Shown: positions 41,901 to 51,534 of the stretch, piece by piece
Position numbering within the stretch: position 1 is the stretch's first letter
Layout: every line of letters begins with the position of its first letter
Source of the DNA: Clostridia bacterium
GTDB lineage: Bacteria; Bacillota; Clostridia; CAKSNL01; HGM11501
Direction: 5' to 3'
Assembly (NCBI GenBank): GCA_045545475.1
Contig: JAZQAZ010000010.1
Coordinates: 1-64,000 of the forward strand
DNA: 64,000 nt
The notes under the pieces: generated by a model
The model's database searches: none
The model's input: only the letters and a program-made list of their open reading frames with translations
What the model was told of the DNA's origin: nothing
Position numbers and translations under genes: made by a program

Positions 41901-42255
41901 ATATTAAATCAAGCATCCCTTTTGGAAAACCGGGATGCTCTGCACTGGATTTTAAAACTGTAAGATTTTGCTTTAACTTTTGTGAAATCAAAGCAATGGC
42001 TATGGACTTTCCTGCAGGATTCAGGGAGTTACGGCCCAAGGGTCCGTAATCGGAAAAAGCGTGGGCAAGGCGGTCAAATGATAAAACCTCCGTACCCCTT
42101 AATCCCAATGTTCCTGCAATTGAGGAAAGCTTCTGTTCGGCAAGGAGAGTGAAAGCTTCGGGAACGATAATTATACCGTCGCTGGTGGCGGCATCCGAAA
42201 ACACTTTGTCGCCTTTCTTGCTTTTTGCTCTGCCGTAGATTAATTTAAGAGACAT
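38965..42255 (-). CDS. addB: ATP-dependent helicase/deoxyribonuclease subunit B
   Basis: VLSFDRLA, CPFKYY, GKIDR.D, VDYKSG, LQL..Y, CEYCDYTSVC Fe-S cysteines; directly upstream of addA. Confidence 0.92.
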   Translation of the reverse strand: MSLKLIYGRAKSKKGDKVFSDAATSDGIIIVPEAFTLLAEQKLSSIAGTLGLRGTEVLSFDRLAHAFSDYGPLGRNSLNPAGKSIAIALISQKLKQNLTVLKSSAEHPGFPKGMLDLICEFKRYNVSPEALFQASEKTEQKILSSKLKDISLIYSKYNEFLSSGYTDKDDDLSRLCIYLAENKPLSGRHIYIDRFARFTPSELAVIKELLLQCASVTVTLPCDIKSFEFQFLSAINTAEKLKDMALDLGIETEEVTLSSKIDDPELSHLEKNYFSFYPEKYSGKNSSISLFSAKNINSETEEVARQIRRLAESKKARYKDISVIVRDTNTYASAIKSIFPAFGIPYTDTESVSSGKHALSIYVTAITDTVCSGFSKVPLFRYLKSGFSTCPKEDADKLENYMLATGIHGSALLSDEKWEYRKTVYSDYALSDEEKAEFDEIDVIRRAVTAPFLPLAEKLKGKISATDFCKAIYEFFKETGLEEKISTLAKNYEKNGRTDDAAKLISVYNSIMDAMDSLIASAGDELFSAQKFNSVFSEGISATTMNIIPSSTDCVNFINAIRAKGTTSPIVFIMGLNNNVFPKTPSKDGILSDSDRLFLSDNDIELSADSEFINYEEQALLYSAFTAAEDRLYLSYALHNESGSSISPSSVIEKIKDIFPGITENTDALSTDAASLISAPAPTLTHMLDALNRKSLGEEIDDTWLKVYDWFLKNKKELLPKIPNSLHTMRNTVTLNKEITEALFNENTTSGVSRLEAYSSCPFKYYMQYILRAENRKIAEFSPTDTGSILHRYVDSVSRYIKDNGTTWQNITDKEIKDVAKSVTEDILENSSYFIKNSNRAIYLIKRLQNLSVKMLYAVKKHFESGRFEPMGSELVFGKNGDYPEIVIPTKSGKVRLTGKIDRADVLHSERGDFLRIVDYKSGSKTFSLSDVYYGLNLQLSVYMLALNNHTKSKPGAMLYFKLDDPIENLNSNSGKNPSMNGLLLDDEEIISAMDAEKEKSSEFFKATYATLQNFDDLFDRVKKTVSSLYDEMKAGHFPINPKGITSSPCEYCDYTSVCTNQGACSLLTAEAKGITWDSFTEEENNETEVITDEMD

Positions 42256-42264
42256 TATATCAAC

Positions 42265-42750
42265 TCACTTTTTTCGTTCGTAAACTAAATATGCAAAAGG
42301 TATATCATTGTGATACATTGTTTCGCCTGTTTCTGTTATTTCCCAGGCACAATCTTCGTCAAGGTTGGGAAAGAATCTGTCTGCATCAAATGCCTTGTCG
42401 ATTTTTGTTATGTATGCCTTGTCAACATAGGGGAGAAGTGCCCTGTAAATACTTTCGCCGCCGAATACAAAGGCACGGTCAAAGGTTTTTGCAACTTCTA
42501 CCGCTTCATCAACGCTGTGAACAACGGTAACATCCTTGTCAATAACTTCATCGGGGAAGCATAAAACTATGTGCGGTCTTCCGGGAAGGGGATTTCCTCC
42601 GGGAAGGGACTCTAAAGTTTTCTTACCCATGATGAGGGCATGGCCCCAGGTTATTTCCTTAACTCTCTTAAGGTCACCGGGAAGATGGCATAAAAGGTCA
42701 TTTCCCTTACCGATACCCCAGTTTTTATCTACAGCAACGATTAATTCCAT
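42265..42750 (-). CDS. folA: Dihydrofolate reductase
   Basis: IVAVDKNWGIG, MGKKTLESLP, LPGR, FGGESIY, ADRFFP. Confidence 0.95.
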   Translation of the reverse strand: MELIVAVDKNWGIGKGNDLLCHLPGDLKRVKEITWGHALIMGKKTLESLPGGNPLPGRPHIVLCFPDEVIDKDVTVVHSVDEAVEVAKTFDRAFVFGGESIYRALLPYVDKAYITKIDKAFDADRFFPNLDEDCAWEITETGETMYHNDIPFAYLVYERKK

Positions 42751-42788
42751 ATAAATTTTCCTTTCTTTTTCTTGTATAATGTGAATTT

Positions 42789-43622
42789 TTATACAGCTAC
42801 GGGAAGTTTTCCTACTTTTCCGCTGTGTTCATAGTTTTCAAGTATAAAGCTGTCGGGAGTAAAGTCGTAGAAGTTCTTTACCTCGGGATCTATTATAAGC
42901 TTCGGAGCAGGATGCATTTCACGCTGAATAACCTCTTTTACTATGGGAACATGTCTGTCGTATATATGAGCGTCAGCTATTACATGGACAAGTTCGCCTG
43001 CTTTGAGGCCGGAAGATGCGGCAAACATATGAAGTAAAATTGCATACTGTGCAACATTCCAGTTGTTTGCAACCAGAAAGTCGTTGGAGCGCTGATTTAA
43101 GATTGCATTAAGTGTATTTCCGGAAACGTTTAGTGTAAAGCTGTAGGCACAGGGATAGAGAGCCATATCGCAAAGCTCTTCATGATTGAACATGTTGCCG
43201 ATGATTCTGCGGCTTCCGGGATTATGCTTAAGCTCATAGAGCATCATATCAACCTGGTCCATTTCGCCTTCTTTATATTTGCTCTTTTTGCCAAGCTGAT
43301 AGCCGTACGCTTTGCCGATAGTTCCGTTTTCATCTGCCCATGCATCCCAAATTTTGGAATTAAGGTCACAGATACGGTTGGACTTTTTCTGCCATATCCA
43401 CAAAATTTCGTCAACTGCTGCCTTGAAGTTTATATAGCGGAGTGTCTGAATGGGAAATTCCTCTGCCAGGTTGTACCTGTTTACCATGCCGAACTTTTTA
43501 ATGGTGTGGGCAGGAGATAAGTCGTCCGCCCATTTGGGACGTACCGGACGGTCTGTATCCCACACACCGTTAGTTAAGATATCGTTAACGTTTTCTATAA
43601 AGAGTTGATCAGCTTTGCTCAT
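42789..43622 (-). CDS. thyA: Thymidylate synthase
   Basis: EILWIW, IWDAWAD, YGYQ, SRRI, LYPC, QRSND, DAHIYDRH. Confidence 0.95.
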   Translation of the reverse strand: MSKADQLFIENVNDILTNGVWDTDRPVRPKWADDLSPAHTIKKFGMVNRYNLAEEFPIQTLRYINFKAAVDEILWIWQKKSNRICDLNSKIWDAWADENGTIGKAYGYQLGKKSKYKEGEMDQVDMMLYELKHNPGSRRIIGNMFNHEELCDMALYPCAYSFTLNVSGNTLNAILNQRSNDFLVANNWNVAQYAILLHMFAASSGLKAGELVHVIADAHIYDRHVPIVKEVIQREMHPAPKLIIDPEVKNFYDFTPDSFILENYEHSGKVGKLPVAV

Positions 43623-43836
43623 ACAATAATCCCTCGCTTAATATATTTATCTAATATATTATTATAATATAATGCGAAGCAAATTGCAATAGCGGATATC
43701 CTTATTTTTTGATAAAATTGCAACATAAACTACTGCATAAAAGATGTATTTTTATGCTTTAAGTAATATTGATTTTTAATAATTTCCGTGCTATACTTAT
43801 TAAAATAGGTAAAATTTAAATTTCGGAGGTTTTGAC

Positions 43837-44916
43837 ATGAAAAATTATAACGTTGGTATTATCGGTGCGACCGGTATGGTAGGTCAGAGACTTATCACAC
43901 TGTTACATGATCATCCCTGGTTTAAGATAACCGTGCTTGCGGCATCCGGTGCAAGTGCAGGAAAAACATATGAAGAAGCAGTAAAAGGCAGATGGGCAAT
44001 GACTACTCCCATGCCCGAAAGCGTTGCTAAAATAAACGTGCTTGATGCAACGGCAGACGATAAGAAAATTGCAGAGCAGGTTGACTTTGTTTTTTGTGCG
44101 GTAAACATGAAAAAGGACGAAATAAAGGCACTTGAGGAGCATTATGCAAAACTTGAAGTTCCCGTAATCTCCAATAACTCCGCTCACAGAATGACAGAGG
44201 ATGTTCCTATGATTATTCCCGAGATTAACGCAGATCACCTTGAGATAATCGATGTTCAGAGAAAGAGACTTGGTACAAAGAAGGGCTTTATTGCAGTTAA
44301 GTCCAACTGCTCCATCCAGAGCTATGTGCCCGCACTTAATGCTTTAATGAAGTATGGTATAAAGGAAGTTGCGGTATCCACATATCAGGCGATTTCCGGT
44401 GCAGGAAAAACCTTTGAAAGATGGCCCGAAATGATAGATAACGTAATTCCTTATATCGGTGGAGAAGAGGAAAAGAGCGAGAAAGAACCCATGAAGGTTT
44501 GGGGACATATTGAGGACGGAAAAATTGTTATGGCAGAGTCACCCGTAATCACCGCTCAGTGCATAAGAGTTCCTGTAACAGACGGTCATCTTGCAACAGT
44601 TTTTGTAAAGTTTGATAAAAAGCCTACTAAGGAAGAAATATTGAAGGACTGGGCAGAGTTTTCCGGCGAGCCTCAGGCACTTTCACTTCCTCATGCTCCC
44701 AAGCAGTTCTTGCACTACTTTACAGAGGATGACAGACCCCAGACAAAGTCAGAACGTGATTTAGAAGGCGGTATGGCTGTAAGCGTGGGAAGACTCAGAG
44801 AAGATACACTTTTTGACTACAAATTTGTTTCCCTTTCTCACAACACCTTAAGAGGTGCTGCAGGTGGCGGTGTGCTCCTTGCGGAGCTCCTTGCCGCAAA
44901 GGGTTATTTTGACTGA
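43837..44916 (+). CDS. asd: Aspartate-semialdehyde dehydrogenase
   Basis: GATGMVGQR, SNCS, QAISGAG, RVPVTDGH, HNTLRGAAGG. Confidence 0.96.
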   Translation: MKNYNVGIIGATGMVGQRLITLLHDHPWFKITVLAASGASAGKTYEEAVKGRWAMTTPMPESVAKINVLDATADDKKIAEQVDFVFCAVNMKKDEIKALEEHYAKLEVPVISNNSAHRMTEDVPMIIPEINADHLEIIDVQRKRLGTKKGFIAVKSNCSIQSYVPALNALMKYGIKEVAVSTYQAISGAGKTFERWPEMIDNVIPYIGGEEEKSEKEPMKVWGHIEDGKIVMAESPVITAQCIRVPVTDGHLATVFVKFDKKPTKEEILKDWAEFSGEPQALSLPHAPKQFLHYFTEDDRPQTKSERDLEGGMAVSVGRLREDTLFDYKFVSLSHNTLRGAAGGGVLLAELLAAKGYFD

Positions 44917-44933
44917 TTTAAGGAGGCAGAAAA

Positions 44934-45821
44934 ATGAAGCACACAATATTTAAAGGTGCGGCAGTTGCACTTATCACTCCCTTTAATGCTGACGGAAGCA
45001 TTAATTATGAGGAGTTTGGTAAAATTATTGACGATCAGATTAACGGCGGAACAGATGCCTTGGTTGTTTGCGGAACAACAGGTGAGCCTTCCACAATGCC
45101 CGACGAGGAGCATATCGAGGCTATGAAGTTTGCCGTTGACTACACTAAAAAGAGAGTTCCTGTTATCGCAGGAACAGGAAGCAACGATACAGCATACTGT
45201 ATCGAACTTTCTGAAAAGGCTGAAAAGATGGGTGCGGACGCACTTTTGCTTGTAACACCTTACTATAACAAGTGCACACAGAAGGGACTTAAGTTTCATT
45301 ATGAGGCGGTAGCTAAAAAGGTTGACCTTCCCATGATTTTATATTCCGTAAAGTCGAGAACAGGTGTAAACATTGCCCCTGAAACTCTTGCGGAACTTTC
45401 AAAAGTCGACAACATCGTTGCTGTTAAGGAAGCCAGCGGAGATATTTCCCAGGTTGCGAAAATCGCATCACTTTGCGGAGACAGACTGGATATTTATTCA
45501 GGTAACGACGATCAGATTATTCCCATCCTTGCCCTCGGCGGTATAGGTGTAATCTCCGTGCTTTCCAACGTAGCTCCCCGCCTTACACACGATATGGTTA
45601 TGGATTACTTAAACGGAAATACTGAAAAGGCACTTGCAACTCAGCTTTCCGTGCTTGACTTGGTTGATGCATTATTCTGTGAGGTTAACCCCATCCCCGT
45701 AAAGACCGCGATGAACCTTATGGGATACAATGCAGGTCCTTTGAGACTTCCTCTTTGCGAAATGGAAGAAAAGAATCTTGAAACCTTAAAGGCGGCATTA
45801 AAGCATCACAATCTTATATAA
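44934..45821 (+). CDS. dapA: 4-hydroxy-tetrahydrodipicolinate synthase
   Basis: GTTGE, VTPYYNK, AVKEASG, SGNDD, NPIPVK. Confidence 0.96.
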   Translation: MKHTIFKGAAVALITPFNADGSINYEEFGKIIDDQINGGTDALVVCGTTGEPSTMPDEEHIEAMKFAVDYTKKRVPVIAGTGSNDTAYCIELSEKAEKMGADALLLVTPYYNKCTQKGLKFHYEAVAKKVDLPMILYSVKSRTGVNIAPETLAELSKVDNIVAVKEASGDISQVAKIASLCGDRLDIYSGNDDQIIPILALGGIGVISVLSNVAPRLTHDMVMDYLNGNTEKALATQLSVLDLVDALFCEVNPIPVKTAMNLMGYNAGPLRLPLCEMEEKNLETLKAALKHHNLI

Positions 45822-45835
45822 AAGGACTGTTACAT

Positions 45836-46588
45836 ATGATAAAGATATTACTTAACGGTGCCAACGGAAGAATGGGGCAGGAAATTGCCCGTCTTGCATC
45901 AGAGTCGGAAACTTATGAAATTGCCTGCGGTGTTGACTCCTACACAGAAAAGGAAAACAGCTTTCCTGTGTATAAGACGCTTAATGAGGTTCATGAAGAC
46001 TTTGACGTTATTATAGACTTTTCCAACGCATCCGGCCTTGAGGATTTGCTTCTTTTTGCAGTAAGAACTAAGAAAGGCGTTATAATTTCCACAACAGGGC
46101 ATACACCTGAGCAGAAGGAGCTTATGAAGGAAGCGTCCAAGGAAATCCCGGTATTCTTTTCTGCAAATATGTCCCTTGGAATAAACCTCCTGATTGACCT
46201 TGCAAAGAAGGCGGCACTTATTTTAGGCGATGCTTATGACATCGAAATTGTGGAAAAGCACCACAATCAGAAGCTTGACGCTCCCAGCGGAACGGCCTTG
46301 GCGATAGCTGACGGAATTTCTGAAGTGGAGCCTTCTCCCATGGAGTATACCTATGACCGTCACGCCGTAAGAAAGAAAAGAGATAAAAAGGAAATCGGTA
46401 TATCTTCCGTTCGTGGCGGAACAATCGTCGGTGAACACGAAGTGCTTTTCTGCGGCCCCGATGAAATTATCGAAATCAAGCATCATGCGGCATCAAGAAG
46501 AGTGTTTGCTGAAGGTGCACTCCGTGCGGCGGGATACCTTTACGGTAAGAAACCCGGAATGTACAGCATGAAGGATATGTTAAACTGA
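45836..46588 (+). CDS. dapB: 4-hydroxy-tetrahydrodipicolinate reductase
   Basis: GANGRMG, IDFS, EKHHNQKLDAPSGTA, RGGTIVGEH. Confidence 0.96.
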   Translation: MIKILLNGANGRMGQEIARLASESETYEIACGVDSYTEKENSFPVYKTLNEVHEDFDVIIDFSNASGLEDLLLFAVRTKKGVIISTTGHTPEQKELMKEASKEIPVFFSANMSLGINLLIDLAKKAALILGDAYDIEIVEKHHNQKLDAPSGTALAIADGISEVEPSPMEYTYDRHAVRKKRDKKEIGISSVRGGTIVGEHEVLFCGPDEIIEIKHHAASRRVFAEGALRAAGYLYGKKPGMYSMKDMLN

Positions 46589-46619
46589 AAAAAATGCACC
46601 CGACGGGTGCATTTTTTTC
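46588..46619 (+). terminator. Intrinsic terminator of the dap operon
   Basis: aaaaaatgcacccg-a-cgggtgcattttttt. Confidence 0.88.
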
Positions 46620-46752
46620 ATTATTAAGTTGCTGCATTACATGTTTAAGCGATTTATATGCCCTGGGGAAAAGATGGCATATCGGGCCAGGAAAAGGTGT
46701 TTTTAAACAAAAATATTGCTGTATTTTCGGCATATTAAAAAGCCGATAACTA

Positions 46753-46781
46753 TTGACAATGAATATGGGGTATGATATAAT
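46753..46781 (+). promoter_or_regulatory. Consensus sigmaA promoter of the kinase-vWA-PP2C locus
   Basis: TTGACA (46753-58), 17-bp spacer, TGnTATAAT (46773-81). Confidence 0.8.
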
Positions 46782-46917
46782 TTTACAAAATGTGTCATCG
46801 TATGAAATGTTAGGACATTATTTTAACTTTTAATGCTTCATGACAGTTGAATGAAGGCGATGCCGGCATAAAAACTGTTGTTTGGCGGAAAATGAAAACT
46901 TGAAAGGATGTGATTGT

Positions 46918-48225
46918 ATGGGTAAATTTGTTGCCGGAGATAAGCTCGTTTCAAAAAGCGGGGTAAATATCACGGTAAAGAAGTTCATTGGAGAAGGTGG
47001 ACAAGGTGCGGTTTATCTGGTTGATTACGGCGGAACGGAAAAGGCCCTTAAGTATTATCATAAAAGTTATATGAAAAGACTGGATACTGAAAGCTTTTAC
47101 AAAAATCTAAATCAAAACATTGCAAACGGTGCACCGGCAAAGTCATTCCTTTGGCCACAGGACCTTACAAAGTGGAGTGGGAAGGCAGATGAGCAATATG
47201 GATACATAATGGATGTTCGCCCGCCGGAATATAATGAATTGACTGATTTTTATCTGCTGAATGTAAAATTCAAATCGGACTTTGAGTTGTTGACCGCATG
47301 CATAAATATTGTCCAAGCATTCAGAGCTTTACATAACAACGGATGCAGCTATCAGGACCTTAATAACGGTAATTTCTTTATTAATAAAGATACGGGTGAT
47401 GTGCTAATTTGCGATAATGACAATGTGTCCGTTAACGAGGAAAATTTCGGCATAAAGGGTAAGCAGCGATATATGGCTCCGGAGGTGGTATTGGGCGGAA
47501 CGCCTAATAAGTATTCTGACCGTTTTTCTCTGGCTGTTATATTGTTCAGAATGATTTTCGGAGGGCAGCATCCTTTTGAGGGTAAATATTCAACACCTCC
47601 GTGTATGACTTTTGAATACGAAAGGCTGTATTACGGTGAAGATCCTGTGTTCCTTTTTGATCCTGTTGATAAAAGAAACGCTCCCGTTTCTTATTTACAC
47701 TCAGGAGCTATGATGCTTTGGCCGTTATACCCTGAATATTTACGTAATTTGTTCATTGAAACGTTTAATAAAAATGGAATCAAAAACCCCGAAAAAAGAC
47801 CTATAGAAGCTACGTGGCTTGAAACCTTAGTAAAGCTCAGAGGTGAATGGGTAAAATGTCCGAAGTGCGGAAGAGAAGGGTATCTTAATGCTCATGAAGC
47901 TGTACCCTGCTCCAAATGCGGAATAAGTTTGAGAGCACCGTATAACTTCGTTGGAGATTCGATGGAGATTCCTGTTGTGCCGGGAACGTATATATGCAAA
48001 TTTCAAATTGATAACACAAGCAATGAGTTTAACAACTTCATAGGACAAGTGCTGAAGCATGAAGTTACGAAGGAAGTTGGGTTATTCAATACTTCCAAAG
48101 AACCGTGGACAGCAATCCACGCTAATGGGAAAACTGAGGTTGTGAATCGAGGCGAAGTTGTCGTTATCGAACCTGACTTGATAGTGATGATCAGTAATAA
48201 AAAATACACATTTAAAAAAGTATGA
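46918..48225 (+). CDS. YegI-like Ser/Thr kinase with zinc ribbon (TerY-P triad kinase)
   Basis: IGEGGQGAVY, ALK, YQDLNNGN, ICDNDN, YMAPE; CPKC...CSKC; beta-rich tail. Confidence 0.85.
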   Translation: MGKFVAGDKLVSKSGVNITVKKFIGEGGQGAVYLVDYGGTEKALKYYHKSYMKRLDTESFYKNLNQNIANGAPAKSFLWPQDLTKWSGKADEQYGYIMDVRPPEYNELTDFYLLNVKFKSDFELLTACINIVQAFRALHNNGCSYQDLNNGNFFINKDTGDVLICDNDNVSVNEENFGIKGKQRYMAPEVVLGGTPNKYSDRFSLAVILFRMIFGGQHPFEGKYSTPPCMTFEYERLYYGEDPVFLFDPVDKRNAPVSYLHSGAMMLWPLYPEYLRNLFIETFNKNGIKNPEKRPIEATWLETLVKLRGEWVKCPKCGREGYLNAHEAVPCSKCGISLRAPYNFVGDSMEIPVVPGTYICKFQIDNTSNEFNNFIGQVLKHEVTKEVGLFNTSKEPWTAIHANGKTEVVNRGEVVVIEPDLIVMISNKKYTFKKV

Positions 48226-48243
48226 ATTTAGGAGGAAAAAAAC

Positions 48244-49020
48244 ATGCAGGATATTGAAATAACCGCCCCAATCAGAAAAGTGATGACTTTATTTTTATTG
48301 GTTGACACATCAGGAAGTATGATAGGAGATAAAATACAAGCCGTAAAGTCAGCTATCGAAGAAGTGAAGGTACAGTTGGCTGACTTATCAAAGAAAAATG
48401 ACGATGCGGAAATCAGATTTGCTGTAATGTCATTTGGTAAGGAGGTTAACTGGTTAACACCGAAGCCTGCTGCCCCCGAAAGTATTGACGTTAGCGGTAT
48501 TATCGCAGTTGAAAAGGCTCTTACACCCATGGGTGCAGCATGTGCAGAGCTTGAAAGTAAACTGTCGAGAAGTGAATTTCTTGAAGATGTTGGAAACTAT
48601 CCGCCTGTCACCATTTTGTTGAGTGACGGTTTTCCGACGGATAATTTTACCAGCGGATTAAATACGCTTAAGCAGAATAACTGGTTTAAGCGTGCCATCA
48701 AAGTTGCTTTTGCAATAGGAGCAGAGGCTGACAGGGATATACTGACACAGTTTACCGGAAGCAGCGAAACAGTAATAGGTGTAAACGATGCGGCTACACT
48801 TAAGGCATTGCTCGAAAAGGTTTCTGTTATTACTTCAGATTTCCAGAGTAAGCCTAAAGAAACAAAAGATGCCAAAGATGCCAAAGATGCCGAAGATCCT
48901 ACAGCAGATGCTGAAAAATTAGTTCAACAGGCGATTGAAAACGTTGACGTTGATACTGAAAAAATTGCCGTCGGAGATAATCCTGTAAAAATGCCTGAAG
49001 GTTGGGGTATATGGAAATAA
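48244..49020 (+). CDS. TerY/YegL-like vWA domain protein
   Basis: LVDTSGSM MIDAS motif, TPMGAA, ILLSDGFPTD, LKQNNWFK. Confidence 0.88.
   Translation: MQDIEITAPIRKVMTLFLLVDTSGSMIGDKIQAVKSAIEEVKVQLADLSKKNDDAEIRFAVMSFGKEVNWLTPKPAAPESIDVSGIIAVEKALTPMGAACAELESKLSRSEFLEDVGNYPPVTILLSDGFPTDNFTSGLNTLKQNNWFKRAIKVAFAIGAEADRDILTQFTGSSETVIGVNDAATLKALLEKVSVITSDFQSKPKETKDAKDAKDAEDPTADAEKLVQQAIENVDVDTEKIAVGDNPVKMPEGWGIWK
48865..48891 (+). repeat. 9-bp tandem repeat x3 (KDA) in the vWA tail
   Basis: aaagatgcc x3. Confidence 0.8.
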
Positions 49021-49038
49021 TAAGTAGGGGAGTGCCTA

Positions 49039-50436
49039 ATGGAAATGTATAAAGCTTTTGCATCCAGTACAATTGGCGCATACCATATCAAAAAAAATAT
49101 ATGTTGCCAGGATGCCGTTGGGAAGTATGAAGACGAGAAAATGAACATCGTCGCTGTGGCTGACGGGCATGGCTCTCCTCAATATTTCCGCTCCGACAGA
49201 GGGGCAAGATTTGCTGTTGAGGCTGCTATTGACTGTGTTAAAAATTTCGTCAATAGTTTTGAAGCTGATTGCGAAAACTCAGAAGAGTCAATATTTGTCC
49301 ATAAGAAAAACCGTGACGTGGTAATGGCTGACCTGCAGAAAAGTATTTTAGTTGCATGGCACCTCAAGGTTGAACAGGATTTTAAGGCTGAACCTTTTTG
49401 CGAAGAAGATATAGAAAAATTTGGAGAAAGGTATGTAACCAGGTTAAAAAAGGGAAAGATTGAGTGGGCATACGGTGCAACGATTATCGTTGCGGTTGTT
49501 ACGGCTGAGTTTTGGCTTGCACTTCAGATTGGCGATGGTAAATGTGTTATCGTTGACGATGAAAAAAATGTGAGCATACCGATTCCGGAAGATCCCAACT
49601 GCGAAGATAATATCACAACTTCGATTTGTCAGGATGAGGCAAGGGACAGTTTCAGATACTATTTGGACAAAAAAATTCCTGTTGCCGTATTCCTGGGAAG
49701 TGACGGCGTTGAGAAGTCTTACAGAGATGACCCCGATCTTCTGATAAAGTTTTACAGAAGTGTTGTTCCTGCATTTAGAGACAACTTTGACGAGGGAGCA
49801 AAAGTGGTTGAAGACTATCTGCCAGTCATCACCCAAAAAGGTTATGGTGATGACACGTCGATAGCGGGAATTATTCACACCGAGAAGATAAAAGCTTGTG
49901 CTGAAGTGTTCTCCGAAATGAGAGCAGAAGAAAAGCATGAAGAGTCCATGAAGGATTTCGACGAGAAATTGCAAAAAAAGAAGACTCAATTTGAAAACAA
50001 TTCTGCTGCAATCGAAGAACTCAATGCAAAGATTTCAGCTTTGGAACAGTTGCATGCAACCCTTAGCGTTGATTTTGAAAGAAAGAATAAAGAAATCGAT
50101 GAGTTAAAGGAAAAAATTACTTCTTTGGAAAAAGAGAAAGAAGACTTCTCAAAACTGATGGAAGAAAAAAAGTGTTTTGCTGAAGAAATCAAGAGAGAAG
50201 TACAAAAGATAAAAACCGACATGGAAGCGGAGATGGGGAAATATAAAGAAGAGCAACTCAAAAAAGAAAAGAAAAACGAAGAAGGTTCAGATGATGTTGC
50301 TCCCGCAGAAGAGCCGGTTGAAACTGAAGATCAAGAGAAAAAAAGTTTCATTAAAAGTATTTCTGAATTTTTATGCAAAACCGGTGCTAAAATTGGCGAA
50401 GAAGCAGAAAAACGCGAAAATACACCTAAAGCATAA
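49039..50436 (+). CDS. PP2C (YegK-like) phosphatase with C-terminal coiled coil
   Basis: CQDA, AVADGHGS, QIGDG, GSDGV, GDDTSIA; about 120-aa heptad-rich tail. Confidence 0.88.
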   Translation: MEMYKAFASSTIGAYHIKKNICCQDAVGKYEDEKMNIVAVADGHGSPQYFRSDRGARFAVEAAIDCVKNFVNSFEADCENSEESIFVHKKNRDVVMADLQKSILVAWHLKVEQDFKAEPFCEEDIEKFGERYVTRLKKGKIEWAYGATIIVAVVTAEFWLALQIGDGKCVIVDDEKNVSIPIPEDPNCEDNITTSICQDEARDSFRYYLDKKIPVAVFLGSDGVEKSYRDDPDLLIKFYRSVVPAFRDNFDEGAKVVEDYLPVITQKGYGDDTSIAGIIHTEKIKACAEVFSEMRAEEKHEESMKDFDEKLQKKKTQFENNSAAIEELNAKISALEQLHATLSVDFERKNKEIDELKEKITSLEKEKEDFSKLMEEKKCFAEEIKREVQKIKTDMEAEMGKYKEEQLKKEKKNEEGSDDVAPAEEPVETEDQEKKSFIKSISEFLCKTGAKIGEEAEKRENTPKA

Positions 50437-50454
50437 ATCAAATTTATTATGATT

Positions 50455-50488
50455 ATAACGGGGGTGTTCCACACCCCCGTTATTAATT
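50455..50488 (+). terminator. GC-rich hairpin (weak terminator or processing stem) after the triad
   Basis: taacgggggtgt-tcc-acacccccgtta with a poor U-tract. Confidence 0.6.
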
Positions 50489-50503
50489 GGGAGAGGGAAC
50501 TTT

Positions 50504-51511
50504 ATGCTTGAAGAATATGTGAAATTCTATTATATGGTACTAAACGATAAGGAAAAAGAAATTTACATGACATTTTATAATGCTTTTAAGAAACGGGAAA
50601 AAAGTATTAAAATAAATGCAAATCCTAAAGTGTTTACAATAGATGATATCATCAAAATTATGAAGTATGTTTATAATGATACCCCTGCGTTTTATTACCT
50701 GGATTTATATTGTTGTGAATACTATATATTACCGGATGGTTATATTTATAAGCAAGAATATTTATATACCGAAGAGCAGATCGCAAAGTTTGATGCTATG
50801 CTGGAAAGCGTACTGATAACGTTCAAAAATAACTATATAAAAAAAGGTATGAGCGATTATGACAAAGAACTTGTGATACATGATTATCTTGTTCGGACAA
50901 TAAAATACGATAAAAAAGAAGCGGACGAAGATAGAGTAATTGCTGACGAGGCATACAATGTGTTGGGTGCTTTGATTAAAAGAGAGGCTGTGTGTTGGGG
51001 AATTGCATGTGCATTTAAATTGCTGTGCGATTATTGTAAAGTGAAATGTTTTGTGGCAATTGGAAAGTCTGTTCCCAGTAACGGAGACTCAGGACACGCC
51101 TGGAATATAGTTAGAATAGAAGATAAAGAGTACCATGTTGATGTAACATGGGACCTTAAAGATAAAAAGGATATTTCGTTTTGCTATGATTATTTTAATT
51201 TAGACGATTTTTTGATAAAGTTTGACCATACATGGGACAGCAAACTTTATCCGAAGTGTTGCAGTATAGAACATAACTATTACTATAGACACAAACTATT
51301 TGTAAAAGAACTGTCTGATATTAAGGATTTTGTCAAAGAAAAATTAAAACAGAAAGAAACATATATAGCTTTTAAGTTTGCCGGTGATATGCCATCTAGT
51401 GAAAAAATAGACCGTGAAATCACAAAAGGTTTTTTAATGGCACTTGCATTCAAATCATATGCTTGTCTGATTTCGGAAAAAACGCACAATATATATATTG
51501 AGATACGGTGA
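50504..51511 (+). CDS. Transglutaminase-like (papain-fold) protein, no signal peptide
   Basis: IHDYL, AVCWGIACAF, GHAWNIV, HVDVTWD (Cys-His-Asp triad). Confidence 0.85.
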   Translation: MLEEYVKFYYMVLNDKEKEIYMTFYNAFKKREKSIKINANPKVFTIDDIIKIMKYVYNDTPAFYYLDLYCCEYYILPDGYIYKQEYLYTEEQIAKFDAMLESVLITFKNNYIKKGMSDYDKELVIHDYLVRTIKYDKKEADEDRVIADEAYNVLGALIKREAVCWGIACAFKLLCDYCKVKCFVAIGKSVPSNGDSGHAWNIVRIEDKEYHVDVTWDLKDKKDISFCYDYFNLDDFLIKFDHTWDSKLYPKCCSIEHNYYYRHKLFVKELSDIKDFVKEKLKQKETYIAFKFAGDMPSSEKIDREITKGFLMALAFKSYACLISEKTHNIYIEIR

Positions 51512-51534
51512 TAAGCACATAAGGAGATTTAGGT

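Noticed and set aside
42200-42255. Degenerate Walker A in AddB (GRAKSKKG)
   Set aside because: AddB's helicase-like domain is catalytically inactive and often degenerate; nuclease and Fe-S motifs are intact.
42265-43622. thyA-folA as an acquired trimethoprim-resistance cassette; atypical PCAY motif in ThyA
   Set aside because: Embedded among housekeeping genes with no mobility signs; thyA-folA linkage is ordinary and the catalytic Cys is retained.
43623-43836. Lysine riboswitch upstream of asd-dapA-dapB
   Set aside because: The region is AT-rich with a -10-like box close to the asd RBS, leaving no room for a ~170-nt structured leader.
46620-46917. att site or integrase marking the left edge of the right-hand island; structured leader (tgtcat...atgaca)
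   Set aside because: No tRNA, integrase or convincing direct repeat seen; the inverted match is short and imperfect.
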